A DNA stretch of 64,000 bases, taken from NCBI GenBank assembly GCA_023334545.1, contig JAADVB010000058.1, forward strand, positions 1-64,000, given 5' to 3'. A program made the position numbers and the translations under genes. Below the pieces are notes generated by a model. The model was not told where the DNA came from. It did no database searches and saw only the letters and a program-made list of their open reading frames with translations. Positions within the stretch are counted from its first letter, which is position 1, and every line of letters starts with the position of its first letter. The stretch is from Salisapilia sapeloensis CBS 127946. Its lineage: Eukaryota; Protista; Oomycota. Shown here one piece after another: positions 32,531 through 46,318 of this stretch.

Positions 32531-35108
32531 GCTTGATATGTGGGGAAAATGAAGGAATGTGCTGCTGTAAGAAACCAGAGTACAGAGAGAGAGACTCCAC
32601 AAACGAGATCTTTCCTCAGGGATAATAGACGCCAAACTGTCGTACATCGTTCGTACCTATTGGGCATCTCATGATTCCCTATCTCGACATCCATGTGGTA
32701 ATAATCACCAACTTTCAGCCACCATCGATCTAGTCTCCACATGAGCATAGGCTAGGAGTAGCTGACATAAGACGATGTAATACGTCGCAAGACTTAGTTA
32801 CGTGATACAATGCGGGATAGCGTTTAATTGCTAGTGAGAGCGAAGAAGATTTGAGCAGGAAACTTGACCGCACAGACTTTAAATGGACCTCATCATACAC
32901 TACGTATTAAATGGAAACCTGTTCTTATTGCAAAATCATAGTGTACTTAGATGTTTATAGCCTAGTAGCTATCACTTAGCCGTTCTACACTAGGACTATC
33001 TTGCGTTTGGCATGATATTATTCAATTAAAACACCTGCGTCATCAGCCATTTGCGATAGGATCGCCACCTACGACCCTTTTAACTAATGGCTGATCAGCA
33101 ATCAAGCAGACAGTGATCCACAAAGATGTGGTCACTTCTAAGCAGAAGATCATAGATGTCAATCAGTCCGATATCTTGTGATTATTTGAACTAAAGTTTA
33201 TTCATGGTACCAGTATGAGCTTTCAGACAGAGTGGAAACATTTACATGTATATCGTCAATAGTGAGGATACAGTTTTCCTGCACGTCATTCCCTCACCGG
33301 AAAGACGGACCTACGTACTTCTACGCACTAGAAGTCTGGATGTAGCGGATTAGATCGAGGTATCAGCAATAGTCCATTAGTCAATTCTGATCAAATAAAC
33401 GAAGTCTGATGATGATTGAAACTAGCAGAGTAGATATACAACGCATTGAATCGCTTCTATTTAAGATGATAGCCCTTTCAGATAATTGATTTCAACATTG
33501 TTATCATTGACCAATGCAATGGATAAAGAGCATTTAAATTCAAACGGCCTCTTTTGTCTGCAACAGAGGTATTCGTGTTTCCACTGACTGTCCCTGTCTC
33601 ATTTGGAATCAGCTATGTCAGTACTGAAAAGGAGTTCAGAACAAGTCGCTTGCGAACTAGATCAGCATTAGCTATCTACGCAGTATTAAAATTTGTATAA
33701 TCTGGAAGTGGTTGGTCATGCTGTGCTGCCTTTCGTGCGTCATAATGTTGAAGAGCTGTCTGATCTATATATCTTATGTTCAACTTAAAGTACTTGGAAC
33801 GGAGCGGTATGAATGAAGACTACAATTTAGTCTTCTTAACTCTTTTATCAGAAGAAAGCGAGAACAGCTAAGGGACAGAGAGAATTGGCATGATTCATCA
33901 TCACTCGATGCTGGCAAGACTTGAGAGATGACAAAAGTTTGATACCAGTTTAAAGAAATGATTTAATTGCTCACACGATGCATAATCTGATGGTTTTGAT
34001 GCTCAATACTGTAGTTGACTGGAAACTTAAAGAATTGATTAAAAAACCATGGTCACTTGAATACAATGCATTCTGATCAGCATTTAAGTATGTTGTCAAG
34101 CGAGTAGAAAGTATATGCCAATGCTTTTTGCCATAGAGTTTCAAGGTTGTTACCGAAACCCAAGACAGTGGCTAACCTCCTAGAGAGAGCTAAAGCTATA
34201 TGATGATATAGGTTCTGTTCCAGCTCGTTTTTTAATTAAGTACTAAGAAATGAAAACAGTAGCACTAGCGATGCAATCGAAGGCAATTCAATAGGAAATG
34301 AAGACCTCCGGATAGCGACAAAGCTACTACTGGTAAGTCATCGAAAGATCTATGAGAATAGAACAAAAAGGTATATTGAAACGACCTAATATATCTAGGA
34401 GAACAGATTGAAGGCATATAGCAACATGAAAGCCTTTGGACTCCCATGATTCAGCATTGCATTTAATACTGAGCCATGTTATTCACAATACTCGCCTCCA
34501 GATATTTCTTTACGTTTGTCTAGCAATCTTGACGACCATTTGCGTTTGCTCAAGTAAACTTCATATCACCAAAGTCCAGTATCCATGTCTTATTCAGTAG
34601 CAAAAGCTTCCATGAAGAGTGTGCTGCATTTAAAAGCACGAAAAAAACTCGATGAATAGACTGAAAGATATGAACTGGGTGACTCTTGTTTCCATCGTAC
34701 GGATTAAAAGTCTTCGTTTGAGCTGGTACGAAGAAGAGCGCATTTATTTGTCTTTTCACAACATCCTGATTCCACCCACAAAGCCTTCCCCTGTTCAATT
34801 CAAGCTCGTATGAAGCTGATGTCGACGGTACCTTAACGCAAATCATGACATTGTCTACATCCTATAGACAAATTCGGACAGAGTACTGTAAGCTGGCGTA
34901 CAGGATCAGGATACGTGTGGTTGCCATCTTCATGATATACTTTCCCGTTCAGGAAGGTGGTAGCTACATGCTACCTCCTTATTACGCGCTTGTCTGCAGA
35001 TACATCACCGTTGGATCGTCGACCTATTGAATACGCACGAATGGAAGGTGACAAAGCACTAGACAAGTAACTAAACAAGCGAATCATTCAATAGCTTGTG
35101 ATTGCATT

Positions 35109-36136
35109 TTAAAAGACAAGGTGCTTTGGAATTTCTGGCGCAACCTGCACCCCAAGACGTTCCCGAAGTTCATCCAACGGCGTCTCCAACTCTTCTTCAT
35201 AGTAGACGTTCATCAAGTTGTGCACTTGAGCTCCAGCATGCTTTGCCCACGGTATATAAACCTGCCTCAGCATCTTTCTTTGCTCTATCATCATCCTACA
35301 TCAGCACTTCCATACACAAGAAACTTTCTGCATGAATAAACTACCGGAATTGAGGCGAAGAGGGCCAACAAAGCCACTAAGAGCGGTGACTGGCAATCGA
35401 GTCTGAGTCATCTCTACATATTTGAGAATAATTTCTCCAAACACCGTCGGTGGGAGGGCAAACAATGTATGCCAAAAGTCGTGGAGCTCCCGATAGCGCT
35501 GGATCACGTAGGCCAATTCCGGATCATCCACGTACTTGACGATCGAACGGCCATCTGCATCGAATCTATAATCCATGCAGATATAAGATACAGTGTATAG
35601 ACATGAAAGATGAAGCGACATACCCATGAGCATCCATGAATTCAGTGTATGCGTATCCAAATGTGTTTTTAGGAAGAGAACGGAGGTAGTCGACATCAAT
35701 GGTGTTGGAGCGAATACTTGGTTTCTCCGCTAGGATACGTGCTCCAACCGGATCGGAACACATTTGTGCATGCAAGTGTCGCAGAGCATCACGTCCTAAT
35801 GATCGAGATGAGAATTCATGCTTACCAGAATATCATATCGTCAGAATAGGCACCAGTGACTTCGCCTAATGCAGCAAGCATATCCCCGCGCTCTGGATTA
35901 GACAGCACTGTGAATGCAGACATGAACGACAGTGCTACTTTCTGGATCGGTGTCGTTGGATGGTGGCTTGGATAAAGCACTCGACGTTCCGGTTCACCGG
36001 CCACAGACGACAAAGTACGTCGATTCAAGCTATGCGATTGCACATGCAAGTTCAATAGGCAACTATCTACCTTTGGGCAAAATCGCATCGCCTGCTTCGC
36101 AATAGCGGGGCGTCCAAGTGCCTGCATGAAGCTCAT
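35109..36136 (-). CDS. COQ4: Ubiquinone biosynthesis protein COQ4 (multi-exon)
   Basis: Pieces in several ORFs: NPERGDMLAALGEVTG, LPKNTFGYAY, ELAYVIQRYRELHDFWH, VYYEEELETPLDELRERLGV. Exon boundaries are approximate. Confidence 0.88.
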
Positions 36137-36492
36137 CGGTCTCAAATACGATAATGACGTCTTCTTTGTCGCTTTGCACATCTTAAATCGGATCGTGTTG
36201 TATCCGATGTCATTTCTCATAATTATATGTCCACTTGTTAGTATACTTTATCCAAGTCACCTAGGATCCGCCGACGACATGTCACGCAACCTTCGGGAAA
36301 CTTCATCGTCCCTCCTTTGCTTCTGGGAGTATCCACCAAGTCACGCGCGAGTGTGGTCCATTGCTACTTCCAGAGTCTCCTTGACGAAGTCTATCTTTCT
36401 CCAAGGCATTTGCAACAGCTACTACGACTTCCCTTTATCAACATTCTCGCTTTATTTCTTTTGGCATCGTCCTAAAGCTTTTATTGGGATAA

Positions 36493-39131
36493 ATGAGCAA
36501 GCGTGCCTTTGTGCAGCTCGCCAAGCTCAATGGAGAAGGCCAACTTCTCATGGGCTCACCAGTCATGGCGTTCATCGAGCCGGATGCTCCTTGGCTTCAT
36601 ACTGTCAATGAATTCGTCATGGTATGACCAATCTATCTTTTACTTTATCCTTCACGTGCCTAATTGTGCAATAGAGTTGCAATGATGACGAAGTAGAGGT
36701 AGCACAGCGTCCAAAGGGGCTATTAGAAGGCTGTCGTATTGTCGATGCCAGTACATTAGCTCAAGTCACGTCGTCTTCATCCTGCAACGATGGTGGACAC
36801 TACTTTTTATGCCCCAACACGAACGCTCTCAACGTTCTTTTGCATAAGAACGGGATGCCAGTGCCAGAGGAGGCACCTAAAGACAGCAGCAATTCATCCG
36901 AAGCAGATCGTGCGAGAGAATCGGTGCATTTAACGTCTAGATTAGAATCATTAGATGAATTGCGTTACTATTTCGATGAGCATGGGACATTGAAACATGG
37001 GAAGACGAATCAAGCCGTTCGGGAGTTAATGAAAGATCCAAGCAAAGCGTTCGAAATCGACGAAATCCTTCGAGCAGCCATTTTCCACATCCAAATGGAC
37101 ATGTTGGCGGAAATGGCATTTCAACAGGCACCACTGCCGATTGATCCACGTCCGGATGAACCAAAGGAAGCGAGGTCAAGTGTCTTCCTAAGCACTGACT
37201 GGCGTACTGCTGAGCATCTACTCGTCGTCATCAACAGCGGCCGAGGTGTCCAGCCTGGCATCTGGAGTCGAGATCTCTTACTCCAGGAAGGTCTAGAGCT
37301 CGGGTCGATGCTTCCGACATTTCGAGCTGCACAACGAGACTCATTCGCTGTCGCTGTTCTCAATCCATTCACGAATAAAGTAACTGTCGACGGAACGACG
37401 TATCCAATTCGTGGCAATTCATCTCCAGACGATCACATCCTGTATGTCTGGGATGAAATCATCATGCGAGCACATGCTCCACAAGTCTTTGTCTTAGCTC
37501 ACTCTGCAGGTGCGAAACTCGTGACGACGTTACTACAGAATCGAGAAGCAAGTGCTGCATCTCGTCTTCGAGCTATTGTGTTTGTCGAAGCAGCGTATTC
37601 CATCGATCCGTCCAGTACATCACCTCTCGTCGGCCAATTCTTGCGTCAAAAGGCGATTAATTTCAAAGCAGATCCATATGTACCTGTTGGTCAGCGTCTC
37701 CCAGAGGTCGAGAAGCAACTGTCTTGTAGCTGTCTCTGCGTTGGTGACTTGAGTAACGCAAGTGTCGAAGCACTCCATCCGACTTGGTCTTCTAGTGGCA
37801 AGACACGTAGTTCGAATGTTGCAGGAACGATTCGACTCTCCATGGACACAACCTTCTCTTTCTTTCGTGAAGCTCGGGACCGAGGGATGTCTGCTGGAGA
37901 GTACATTGCCGAAGTAGATAAAAAAGCACATTCATGGGGACACAAGCTTCGTTTACGTATCGATTCATTAAAGAAACCAGGTAAAAAGACTCGACGAACG
38001 AGTTCGACGCCAGGAGAGAAACGTCCGCTAAAGACAGCACGTAGTCTACCAGAGTCCACGGCGATGCGTACGTCTATCTTAAGTCGTTCATCATCTGCAG
38101 ACGCCAAAGACGAATCGTCTATCAGCGTAAGTGACTTTGATCTGATCAAAGTGATAGGCCGAGGGATGATCGGGAAAGTATTTCTCGTTCGTAAAGTCGG
38201 TACGCATGAGGTTTTTGCGATGAAAGTCCTACGGAAGAAAAATGTACGTCGAAGTGGCTTGCAAGAACACATTCGGACGGAACGATTGATACTAGAGGAG
38301 ATTGATCATCCTTTCATTGCTCGTCTTCGCTTCTCGTTTCAAACCAAAGATAAATTGTACTTAGTAACAGACTACTGCAGTGGTGGAGAGCTCTTCTATC
38401 ACATGGATGGACAAGGATTTGCGTATGAACGAGCGAGGTTCTACGCAGCTGAGCTCGTCCTAGCGTTAGAACACTTGCATTCGTTAAAGGTTGCGTATCG
38501 AGACCTCAAGCCGGAGAATATTCTCGTCGAGCCTTCGGGACATGTACGCATAACAGACTTTGGCTATTCCAAGCTGGATGTCGTGGCCGATGGTGGAGCA
38601 CAGTCCATCGTCGGGAGTAAACAGTACATGGCTCCAGAGATCTTTCGAGAGTCATATGGCTTTGCAGTCGACTGGTGGAGTCTCGGGATACTCATTCTTG
38701 AGATGCTGACTGGATGCATCCCGTATGAAGACGAAAACCCTCGTACGTTCTACATGAGCATCTCGAATTATAGTAACATCGATCGCATCCTACCTACACA
38801 AATACCACGTGCGGCAGCAGACATCGTATTTCAGTTGTTGGCACTCGATCCGAGTAAACGGTTGGGATCCAGAGGTGCGTTGGAAGTACGTGAGCATGCC
38901 TTCTTTGAAGGTATCGACTGGGATCGCCTGAGGAAGAAAGAGCTTGATCCGCCGTGGAAACCGGATGTACGAGACGAGTTGGATGTACGCAACTTTGAGG
39001 AACAGTTCACGGACGAGCCTGCTGTTGATAGCGTCCCGACGCAACGTGGGTCCGTCATGAGTGGCGGACATACGTTTGATGACTTTACGTTTAACCCGAC
39101 CATCTCGGAAGGATCAACTGGTAGGATATAA
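36493..39131 (+). CDS. Arb2/FAM172A-like domain fused to AGC Ser/Thr kinase (exons 36493-36621, 36675-39131)
   Basis: A 53-nt GT-AG intron joins the exons in frame; GIWSR..GLELGSMLP, HILYVWD, LAHSAG (Arb2/FAM172A-like); GRGMIG, YRDLKPEN, DFG, APE, hydrophobic motif FDDFTF. Confidence 0.85.
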
Positions 39132-39809
39132 ATGCACATGGATGGAGGATAAATAAATCTCAGTGAGCTTTTCTAGTTGTGTAAGAAATGAAACCTTGGA
39201 ATGGACTGTGTTAATACGTGAAAAAAACACTGTACGCCTAGATAACCAAGGATGTCAACGTCTGTGATTGTTGGGATGGCCATATTACTACTGATGCCGT
39301 TGATGCAAGCGATATCGGTCGCTTTTGTAATCCATTGAGGTCCACGATGGTGTTTTACCATAACTGCGATGAAGCAAAAGGTAAAAATAGATTTCGCATA
39401 GTGGCCACATACAAATACTATATATCAGCACTCGATACAACCGTGCACGTTCAAGCACATTCTTACACAATCTAATGCCAAGCGCATGACATGGCAGGTG
39501 TCTCTTATCCAATAACAGCAATGGACCACGGAAGCAGAAGATTCATTGCTCCGTAGACTTCCAGAAAACATCCAGATGATAAATTTTTGACGACTGTAGA
39601 GTTGTAAAGATACTTGATGCATTCCTTTCCTCCGTGCAGGACGCAGTCTGGCGTTTCTTTCTTCTCCGTCCACCAATGTATGAATCAGCTCGGTAGTAAT
39701 CAGGCAAAGAAGTCGTATTGCACAAGAAGAAATCAAGTAGCTGAATTTTACTTTTAAGTATTGCTTATATTCCGATTCCCAGGTTTCCATCCTTCTTACC
39801 ACGCCTCCT

Positions 39810-40442
39810 TCATTTACATTTGCCTTTATATTTAATACTCATTTCTTTGCGCAGTATGCACTTGAAGAGATTGAACGTGCACTTGTTCGCGTATGTGTTC
39901 CCATCACTTGCACAGACTGGCTCCACTGCCATTCGACAACCCTCCATATTGCATTCGTCCGTCGCGATAGCATCACTAGAGCTCGACTCCTTTGAAGCGC
40001 TACTTGATGAAGTTTTAGTCGCATCTTCTTCGGCACTTGTGCTTTGATTCGAACTACTTGGTGAAGTATTGCATTCATCCATGTCCACAGTCGTCAGCTC
40101 AATTCCCTCTCGACACGCAGCCATCTTCATATCGCATTCATCCCGATACAGTTTCTTATTGGAAGCGCAGACTTGCACTCTAATCTTAGTGCATACAACA
40201 GTATCACACGAAGTAGCGTCATTTCCATCTCCTTCACACGCACCCTTATGCTGAATCTTCATGTTGTTTCCACTAGCGCAGTTTGCATTTTCAAACTCAC
40301 ACTCGTTCGTGAACGTCTCATTCGTCGAGGAACAGACAGGATGTATGTCATCCGTACAAAATCTCTCCGTACAATCGATATCTTCAGCAGCAACCGATTG
40401 AATAGCCACCATAGCTATCATGAGCATTAATTCGCGTAGCAT
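39810..40442 (-). CDS. Secreted three-domain Kazal inhibitor
   Basis: Signal peptide; CTDDIHPVC, CTKIRVQVC and CRMAVEPVC Kazal units. Confidence 0.92.
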   Translation of the reverse strand: MLRELMLMIAMVAIQSVAAEDIDCTERFCTDDIHPVCSSTNETFTNECEFENANCASGNNMKIQHKGACEGDGNDATSCDTVVCTKIRVQVCASNKKLYRDECDMKMAACREGIELTTVDMDECNTSPSSSNQSTSAEEDATKTSSSSASKESSSSDAIATDECNMEGCRMAVEPVCASDGNTYANKCTFNLFKCILRKEMSIKYKGKCK

Positions 40443-40608
40443 AGCTCTTGTGAAGTCTTCAAGTAAAAGTCGAAATGCCGAATGAATAAAGGTGCAATTG
40501 TCCTTCTACTCAGATTTTAAACACTTGATTCATTGCAACGTGTCAGAAGACAGCTGAGTTTATTCGTTTTGCGTATCCTATACCAATCTACATATATCCT
40601 ATGTACAA

Positions 40609-41857
40609 CTACGTCTCTTGCTTTCGTCTGTCTCGAAACGGATTTGCCTCTTCTTTTCCATCGTCATCCGAGTCAATCTTCTCCGTGTCTTTCCTGTCGC
40701 CATTCGATGAAGATGCGTCACTTTCTTGGATTGACGGCTTGGACGTTGGTTTCTTCGCTGATCGAAACGTTGTATACCGAGGTATCGCTTCCATGTCGAG
40801 ACATTCAAACCCAGATAAATTCAATTCCTTGTCATCCGTGGTAGTCAATTCAGAAGATATAATTTTTGACGACGGCGGCTGTTGCTGATACGTGTCTGCG
40901 AATGGGTTTAACGACTCATCGTCTTCGTCCGTCTCGCCATTCGGATGCTGATGACGTGGGCACTGTGACGGAACGTTTCCATTCAATTTCTCCTCGACCA
41001 CCTTTTGGACAATCGCGGCCGTTCGAGCTGCATCTGCATTCTCCTGGGCGAGTGCAGAGGAAGATGGGACGGGTACGGATTGAGGGTACTTTTGAAAGTA
41101 GCTGGCTTGGTGTTCATCACGCAAGACGATCGTAGATGAGATGGTCGATAAGAACGCATGGAGCTCATCCATCGAGCCTTGCGCGCCAATCTTGCCCGTG
41201 ACAGCGTATTCGTTTAAGAGACTAGAGACAAGATAAATAAAGAGATGGGATAGCTACTAGATGGATAAGTACGTGTTGGCGAGTAGAACGAGCTCATTCA
41301 TCTGGTTTAATCGTTTCTCCATTTTCGCATTCCAGTCTTCCATGCCAATGACCCATCGACCTAGCATTTATGAGGAGATATGCTAGTGATAATATGTATA
41401 GGATAGGATACCTGCATCAACGACGTAGGCGAGGTTCGATCTATCATGGCGATTAGTCATCAAGTCTTTAAAAAATGGGCTTGGAGCATACTCCAGTTCT
41501 CTCCGAATTTCATCTCGATACTCATAGCATCTTGCAAACAGTCTTGCGGCAGTAGAGACCACACCTATGTATATTAATTATGAATACAGTAACCGTTTGT
41601 ACCATCAATCGCTCTATACAGACCTGGAGGAAGGTTGTGCCGCATGCGATAAAAGAACTTTTCATAATAAATGACCTATTCATATTCAGTTAGGAGTATG
41701 TCAATGCAGCGTATATGAGTGAGTCTTGCGAAAGGAAAAATACCTTTTTCATAAAAGTCGCGAGATTGGACTCGAGGCCGATGATGCCTCCGGCAACCGT
41801 CGTGACGGATTTGGAGATGCTCGTGATCGTCTGCGTATGTCCAAACCAAGTGGCCAT
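40609..41857 (-). CDS. Multi-exon hypothetical protein
   Basis: Coding-like segments separated by GT-AG gaps: MATWFGHTQTITSISK.., IYYEKFFYRMRHNLPP, LFARCYEYRDEIRRELEY, LGRWVIGMEDWNAKME, then ORF 40609..41172. No family recognised. Confidence 0.5.
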
Positions 41858-42151
41858 GCTTGTCGTTTCTTTAAATTCACTCGAACTGCTCTCCTATAGT
41901 CTTATCACGCGTCTGAACACGAGTACTAGCTGGAATCAGGTCGTATTCTCCCAAACTCGATATTTCGTTCGCTTGATAGACGCTATTTTTCAGAACACTC
42001 GTACTTTGTATACTACTGAACACTGGATCCAGATAAAAAGCACCCATTGGAGAAAAGAGAATGCACGATAGTTTGGGATATATTCCTGTTTCTAGCCACA
42101 CTACAATTCAACTTTGCCCTTTTAAACATAAATACTCGCGTCATTACATTT

Positions 42152-43915
42152 TTACTCTTCCACCTCGTCCGAAGTTGCAAATCGGACCATCTCCTTCAGG
42201 TTTTCCTCTACTTGGTACACGAAGACAAGGAGGTAAATGATAGCTAGAAAGACAGAAGCCATACGACTGTAGCCTCCATAAGCACGCATCTGCTGCGCAT
42301 CTAATTTCTGTCGTGGCAGCAATAGTATGGAGAACAGTCCTAGTGCATGGACTCCATATTGTACCAATAGCATACCGGTAAGCTTGGCCTCTGAATCGGA
42401 GGACGCATTGTAGGACCAGATTTTCGGCATTAGCTGGCTGTCCAAGGTCGACATGGTGCTGCCAATGAGACTAGTAAAAGACAGGAATAGTGCGACGACT
42501 GAGCCTTCGGTACCAGAATCCGCGACTTCGGTCGCTGGAATCAACGAAAAGATCGATCGCATCCCGTATGCAAAGTCCTTAAGCAAGTCGATGACACTGT
42601 AGAACCACTGGTCCTGTAGGACATGCACGGTCACGAGGCCGCCGACGACTTCACAGACGAGTAGCCATACAAGGAAAACAACCGTGACCATCCGCCAGCT
42701 GCTATTCGTCCACCAGAGTTTCCATGCGATCATCGTCGCAATAACACAAAAGTTACCAGACGCACTAAAGATGTTGCTGACGGTTGGTTCGACGTCAGCC
42801 AGCGCAGACACTGCTCTTGACGCGTCACCGAATGAAAAGGAGGAAGCGAACTTTAGAATCGTAAGAGACATGAGGATTTGCCACACGGCACGCTGTTCAC
42901 ACATGCGTAAAAAGGCTTTCACACGTTCCATTGGGCCTGTGGGCATACTCGTGGTCATTCCAGCTGCCAACATCTGCTCCACTGCGTCTACTTCCAATTG
43001 TTTCACAGACTTTTCTTCTGCATAGAGCAAGACCAAGGGAATGGGAAGGAGACTGGCGATGGCTAAGGCTGCAAATGCCCAAAAGTGGTGAATCCGAAGC
43101 ATAAAGTTACCTGCAGTCTCGTCATACTCGAGTAGACCAACAGCTATCCATCGACTAATGGCTTCGCTTGCTGTGCGAAAGATGAGGTAGTTGATCTGGA
43201 CTAATCCACGGGTCGTCAACGGCTCTCTTTGCGACAGCTCGATCACGCGAGCATCGGTTGCGACTTTGCTAATGAGCGTACCAGTCGTCGTCCCCATGAT
43301 GAGTAGCATGTAATAGACCAGGTAATCCGTCGTCCGATCCGTGTAGTCCACTGCCCCAGCTAATGCTGCCAGTCCAAAGGACATGACGAACGCCACGACA
43401 GATCCGACAATCATATAAGACTTTCGGCGATACCCTTTAATGGGAAAGATGTCCGAGATGAGACCGATGAACAAGGACAAGGCAGTAGGCAGACGAATCA
43501 GCGCTTCCATCATTGAGGATGACTTGGATGTTTCGATACCGAGGAAGTTCATTAGAGTAGGACGGAGACAGTAGCGTAGCATAGCATAGACGAACGAAGA
43601 CGATCCGGCGGCGAGTAGGAGGCCCGTGAAAGGTTTCGAAAACAAGGTTACTGGCCCACCGGGTCGAAGAGCTCCGAATTGTTGGTAGTTGAAGAACTCG
43701 TTTCCAGCAACGAAGCGGTTGTTTGCATGCTCCGAATTGGGACTGTACATGGTCATGTTCTCGTCAGAGGTACCATGACCGTTGATAGTGACCATAGGCA
43801 TGCCGTTGTTTTCGTACACGCCCGGGGATTCTCCCATTCGTCGCTTGGACTGAAGCTCTATTTCGGACGAGCTGCGCCCGGTCGACGCGTTCTGATAGTC
43901 TGGCTTGTTGTACAT
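42152..43915 (-). CDS. Folate-biopterin transporter (BT1/FBT, MFS)
   Basis: FIGLISDIFPIKGYRRKSYM, DARVIELSQREPLTTRG, EVADSGTEG, LLPRQK; multiple TM helices. Confidence 0.85.
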   Translation of the reverse strand: MYNKPDYQNASTGRSSSEIELQSKRRMGESPGVYENNGMPMVTINGHGTSDENMTMYSPNSEHANNRFVAGNEFFNYQQFGALRPGGPVTLFSKPFTGLLLAAGSSSFVYAMLRYCLRPTLMNFLGIETSKSSSMMEALIRLPTALSLFIGLISDIFPIKGYRRKSYMIVGSVVAFVMSFGLAALAGAVDYTDRTTDYLVYYMLLIMGTTTGTLISKVATDARVIELSQREPLTTRGLVQINYLIFRTASEAISRWIAVGLLEYDETAGNFMLRIHHFWAFAALAIASLLPIPLVLLYAEEKSVKQLEVDAVEQMLAAGMTTSMPTGPMERVKAFLRMCEQRAVWQILMSLTILKFASSFSFGDASRAVSALADVEPTVSNIFSASGNFCVIATMIAWKLWWTNSSWRMVTVVFLVWLLVCEVVGGLVTVHVLQDQWFYSVIDLLKDFAYGMRSIFSLIPATEVADSGTEGSVVALFLSFTSLIGSTMSTLDSQLMPKIWSYNASSDSEAKLTGMLLVQYGVHALGLFSILLLPRQKLDAQQMRAYGGYSRMASVFLAIIYLLVFVYQVEENLKEMVRFATSDEVEE

Positions 43916-46246
43916 GCGTGCGCTGAACGATACGATAAGCAAGCAAGAATTTTAAGACAGTCAAAGGGTCTGATGATCTAGCGCTCTGTGTTGAATGACT
44001 TCTCGTCAGCTTCCAGCACCCAGTTTAGCTGTCTGACGTTCGTCGGAAGAAGTCTGGTAATTTGGTCTGAACCAGTCGAGTCGAAAGATAGAAATGAATA
44101 AATTTCTGCCTTTACAGCTACTACGCAAGAAGTAAATAGAGAGATCGAACTTCTGTCGAAGTTTGTAAGCATGGAGGTCGCGTACTTGGCCTTTCTTTAT
44201 TCGAAGGACCGGATAGACGACAAAATAGCATACGTCAGCTTCTATGTGTCCACGTGGAGACAGCAAGCTGTTGTTGCTGATCGCAATGAAAATGGAAATA
44301 TGGGCCACAATATCATGATGCGATCCGAGGTCTTTGTCACGACTTGATAGAACAGAGGAGACGCGCCGGTTGGGTAATGAAGGACGTGTCAACTACGAAG
44401 CTACGCCTGTACAGATACCTCGAAGGGCAAAAATAACAGTTACCAATGAATGCAGTGGATACTCTAGAGCAGTTATAATGGGATCAGACCACCTACTAAA
44501 AAAGGTGAGCTGATGGCATAGCTGGAATCGACATCTTATATGCCGAACATCATATGTACCGAAGATCGCTGAGCCATGCAGTTATGCATGCAGATCTAAT
44601 CATTGTCATCTATGGGAAATAGAAGCGACAGAGTACTCAAGTGATTGGGAACGACGTGTGCAAAAGACGAACAAGGAGTTTACAAGTTGTTGATAACATC
44701 ACGCGATCTAAGGTGTTGCTTAAGTAAGTCCGTGCATTCGTCGCATACCATGGATCAGACGAAGACTAAAATCGTGGAGTCGTTACTATCCTTGGGAAGC
44801 AGGCAAAGTATCTTTGGTACATAATACGAAAAAGCGGCGTGAGTGCGACTTCAAATTGGCAGTTACCATCCACGACTGCACAATGTCTAGCGATTGTGCC
44901 CTTATCATTTTAATGGCCGGCGGGAAACGAACTTCCTTGCTTCCTGTCACCTGTTAAGGTTAGCTTCATTCGATTGTCTGATCAGCACGTTGAGATGCGC
45001 TTCCTTGCCAGTCCACGTCAAACCTCGTCGATTTGAGTGGTACTACGCAGTAATTGACACTACGGGTGAAAAAGTTTAAACTCGTAAGAATAACAATTCA
45101 CGAGTCTCTTGTGACCGTTTTACTCGTATGCTTTTCACCGGTTAGCTCTCAGCAGAGCTTTCCTCGAAGCGGTAAACAGAAAAATATTGCTGGGTGCATT
45201 TATGTGCAAGGGTAATGCATCCACTAGCTCGTCATAATTAGGCTGTATTGACCGAAGACGTTCCGTTGTCTCGTCTTCTCTTCAACTTTTTTTAAAAGAG
45301 CATGAATGTCGGATCAGAATCGTTTACTTTCCTAATAGATACAGAGAAGTCATATCTGAAGTAATGGCGCCACAATTTGGATCCTCGTGTTCTAGCTTAC
45401 AACCTCTCTTGAAGAGCTGGGGAAGCTTCTCCGATGTAAGACGCGAGGGGCAAGCTTTTATACTTGTATGGATGAATACAAGGGAAATTTGCTGATCGAG
45501 TCAGTTTTTATGAAGCCAAGGTCTTTCATCTCTATAATATCTTCGCCGTCCTAGTGAAGATAAACAGTTATTGTTTTCGGTTCCTGCATTGCGTAGTAGA
45601 CTGCCAGGGATAGTTCGAAATATGCTGTAGAAATGTAACATCACTTCAAAGCGATAAAACGTTAGCGAAAGTTGCACAATTGGAGTATCGTGAGCGATGA
45701 GTTTACTTGCACAGGGACAGTATGATGTACAACGACTTAATGAGACTTAGAGTGTAGATTCGAGTGAATTGGCACGCTTAATGAGAGTTCTTCTTCATAG
45801 GATGTATCTATTGTACAAGATCGAAAAGCTCGTGAATCATATGCGAATGTCGTGAAAGCGATAGGCTGGGTTATCGTCAACTCAAACCTTAATTCAGAGA
45901 GCGAGAGAGAGGTGGATTACATTTAAATTTTAATAGATTTGGGGTGACTTGGGCCTCGCCTAGAAGTGATACCAGCATTGCGATCCGACTTGGCAAGTAT
46001 ATTATACTTGACTACCAAACCTTTCGAGTTATAAGGGCGCTTCACTATTAGCAAAAGTCGTATACCTGTGTCCTACACGTGCCATTGATATCGCTTATTT
46101 ATAGATCTGACTAAACATTTATTACTCATACAGAGTTCACTTTATCCCAAGCTGCACTTCAATGAGCGGAAGTTGAACTATTCAAAACAACTTCACAAAA
46201 TATTTTGTATATTTTATATATTATACAGATGCTTTGTAATCACAAT

Positions 46247-46318
46247 GGCTTCGTGGTCTAGTGGTATGATTCTCGCTTCGGGTGCGAGAGGTCCCGGGTT
46301 CGATTCCCGGTGAAGCCC
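46247..46318 (+). tRNA. tRNA-Pro (anticodon CGG)
   Basis: GGCTTCGTGGTCTAGTGGTATGATTCTCGCTTCGGGTGCGAGAGGTCCCGGGTTCGATTCCCGGTGAAGCCC; cloverleaf with A and B boxes, followed by a TTTTT terminator. Confidence 0.95.
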
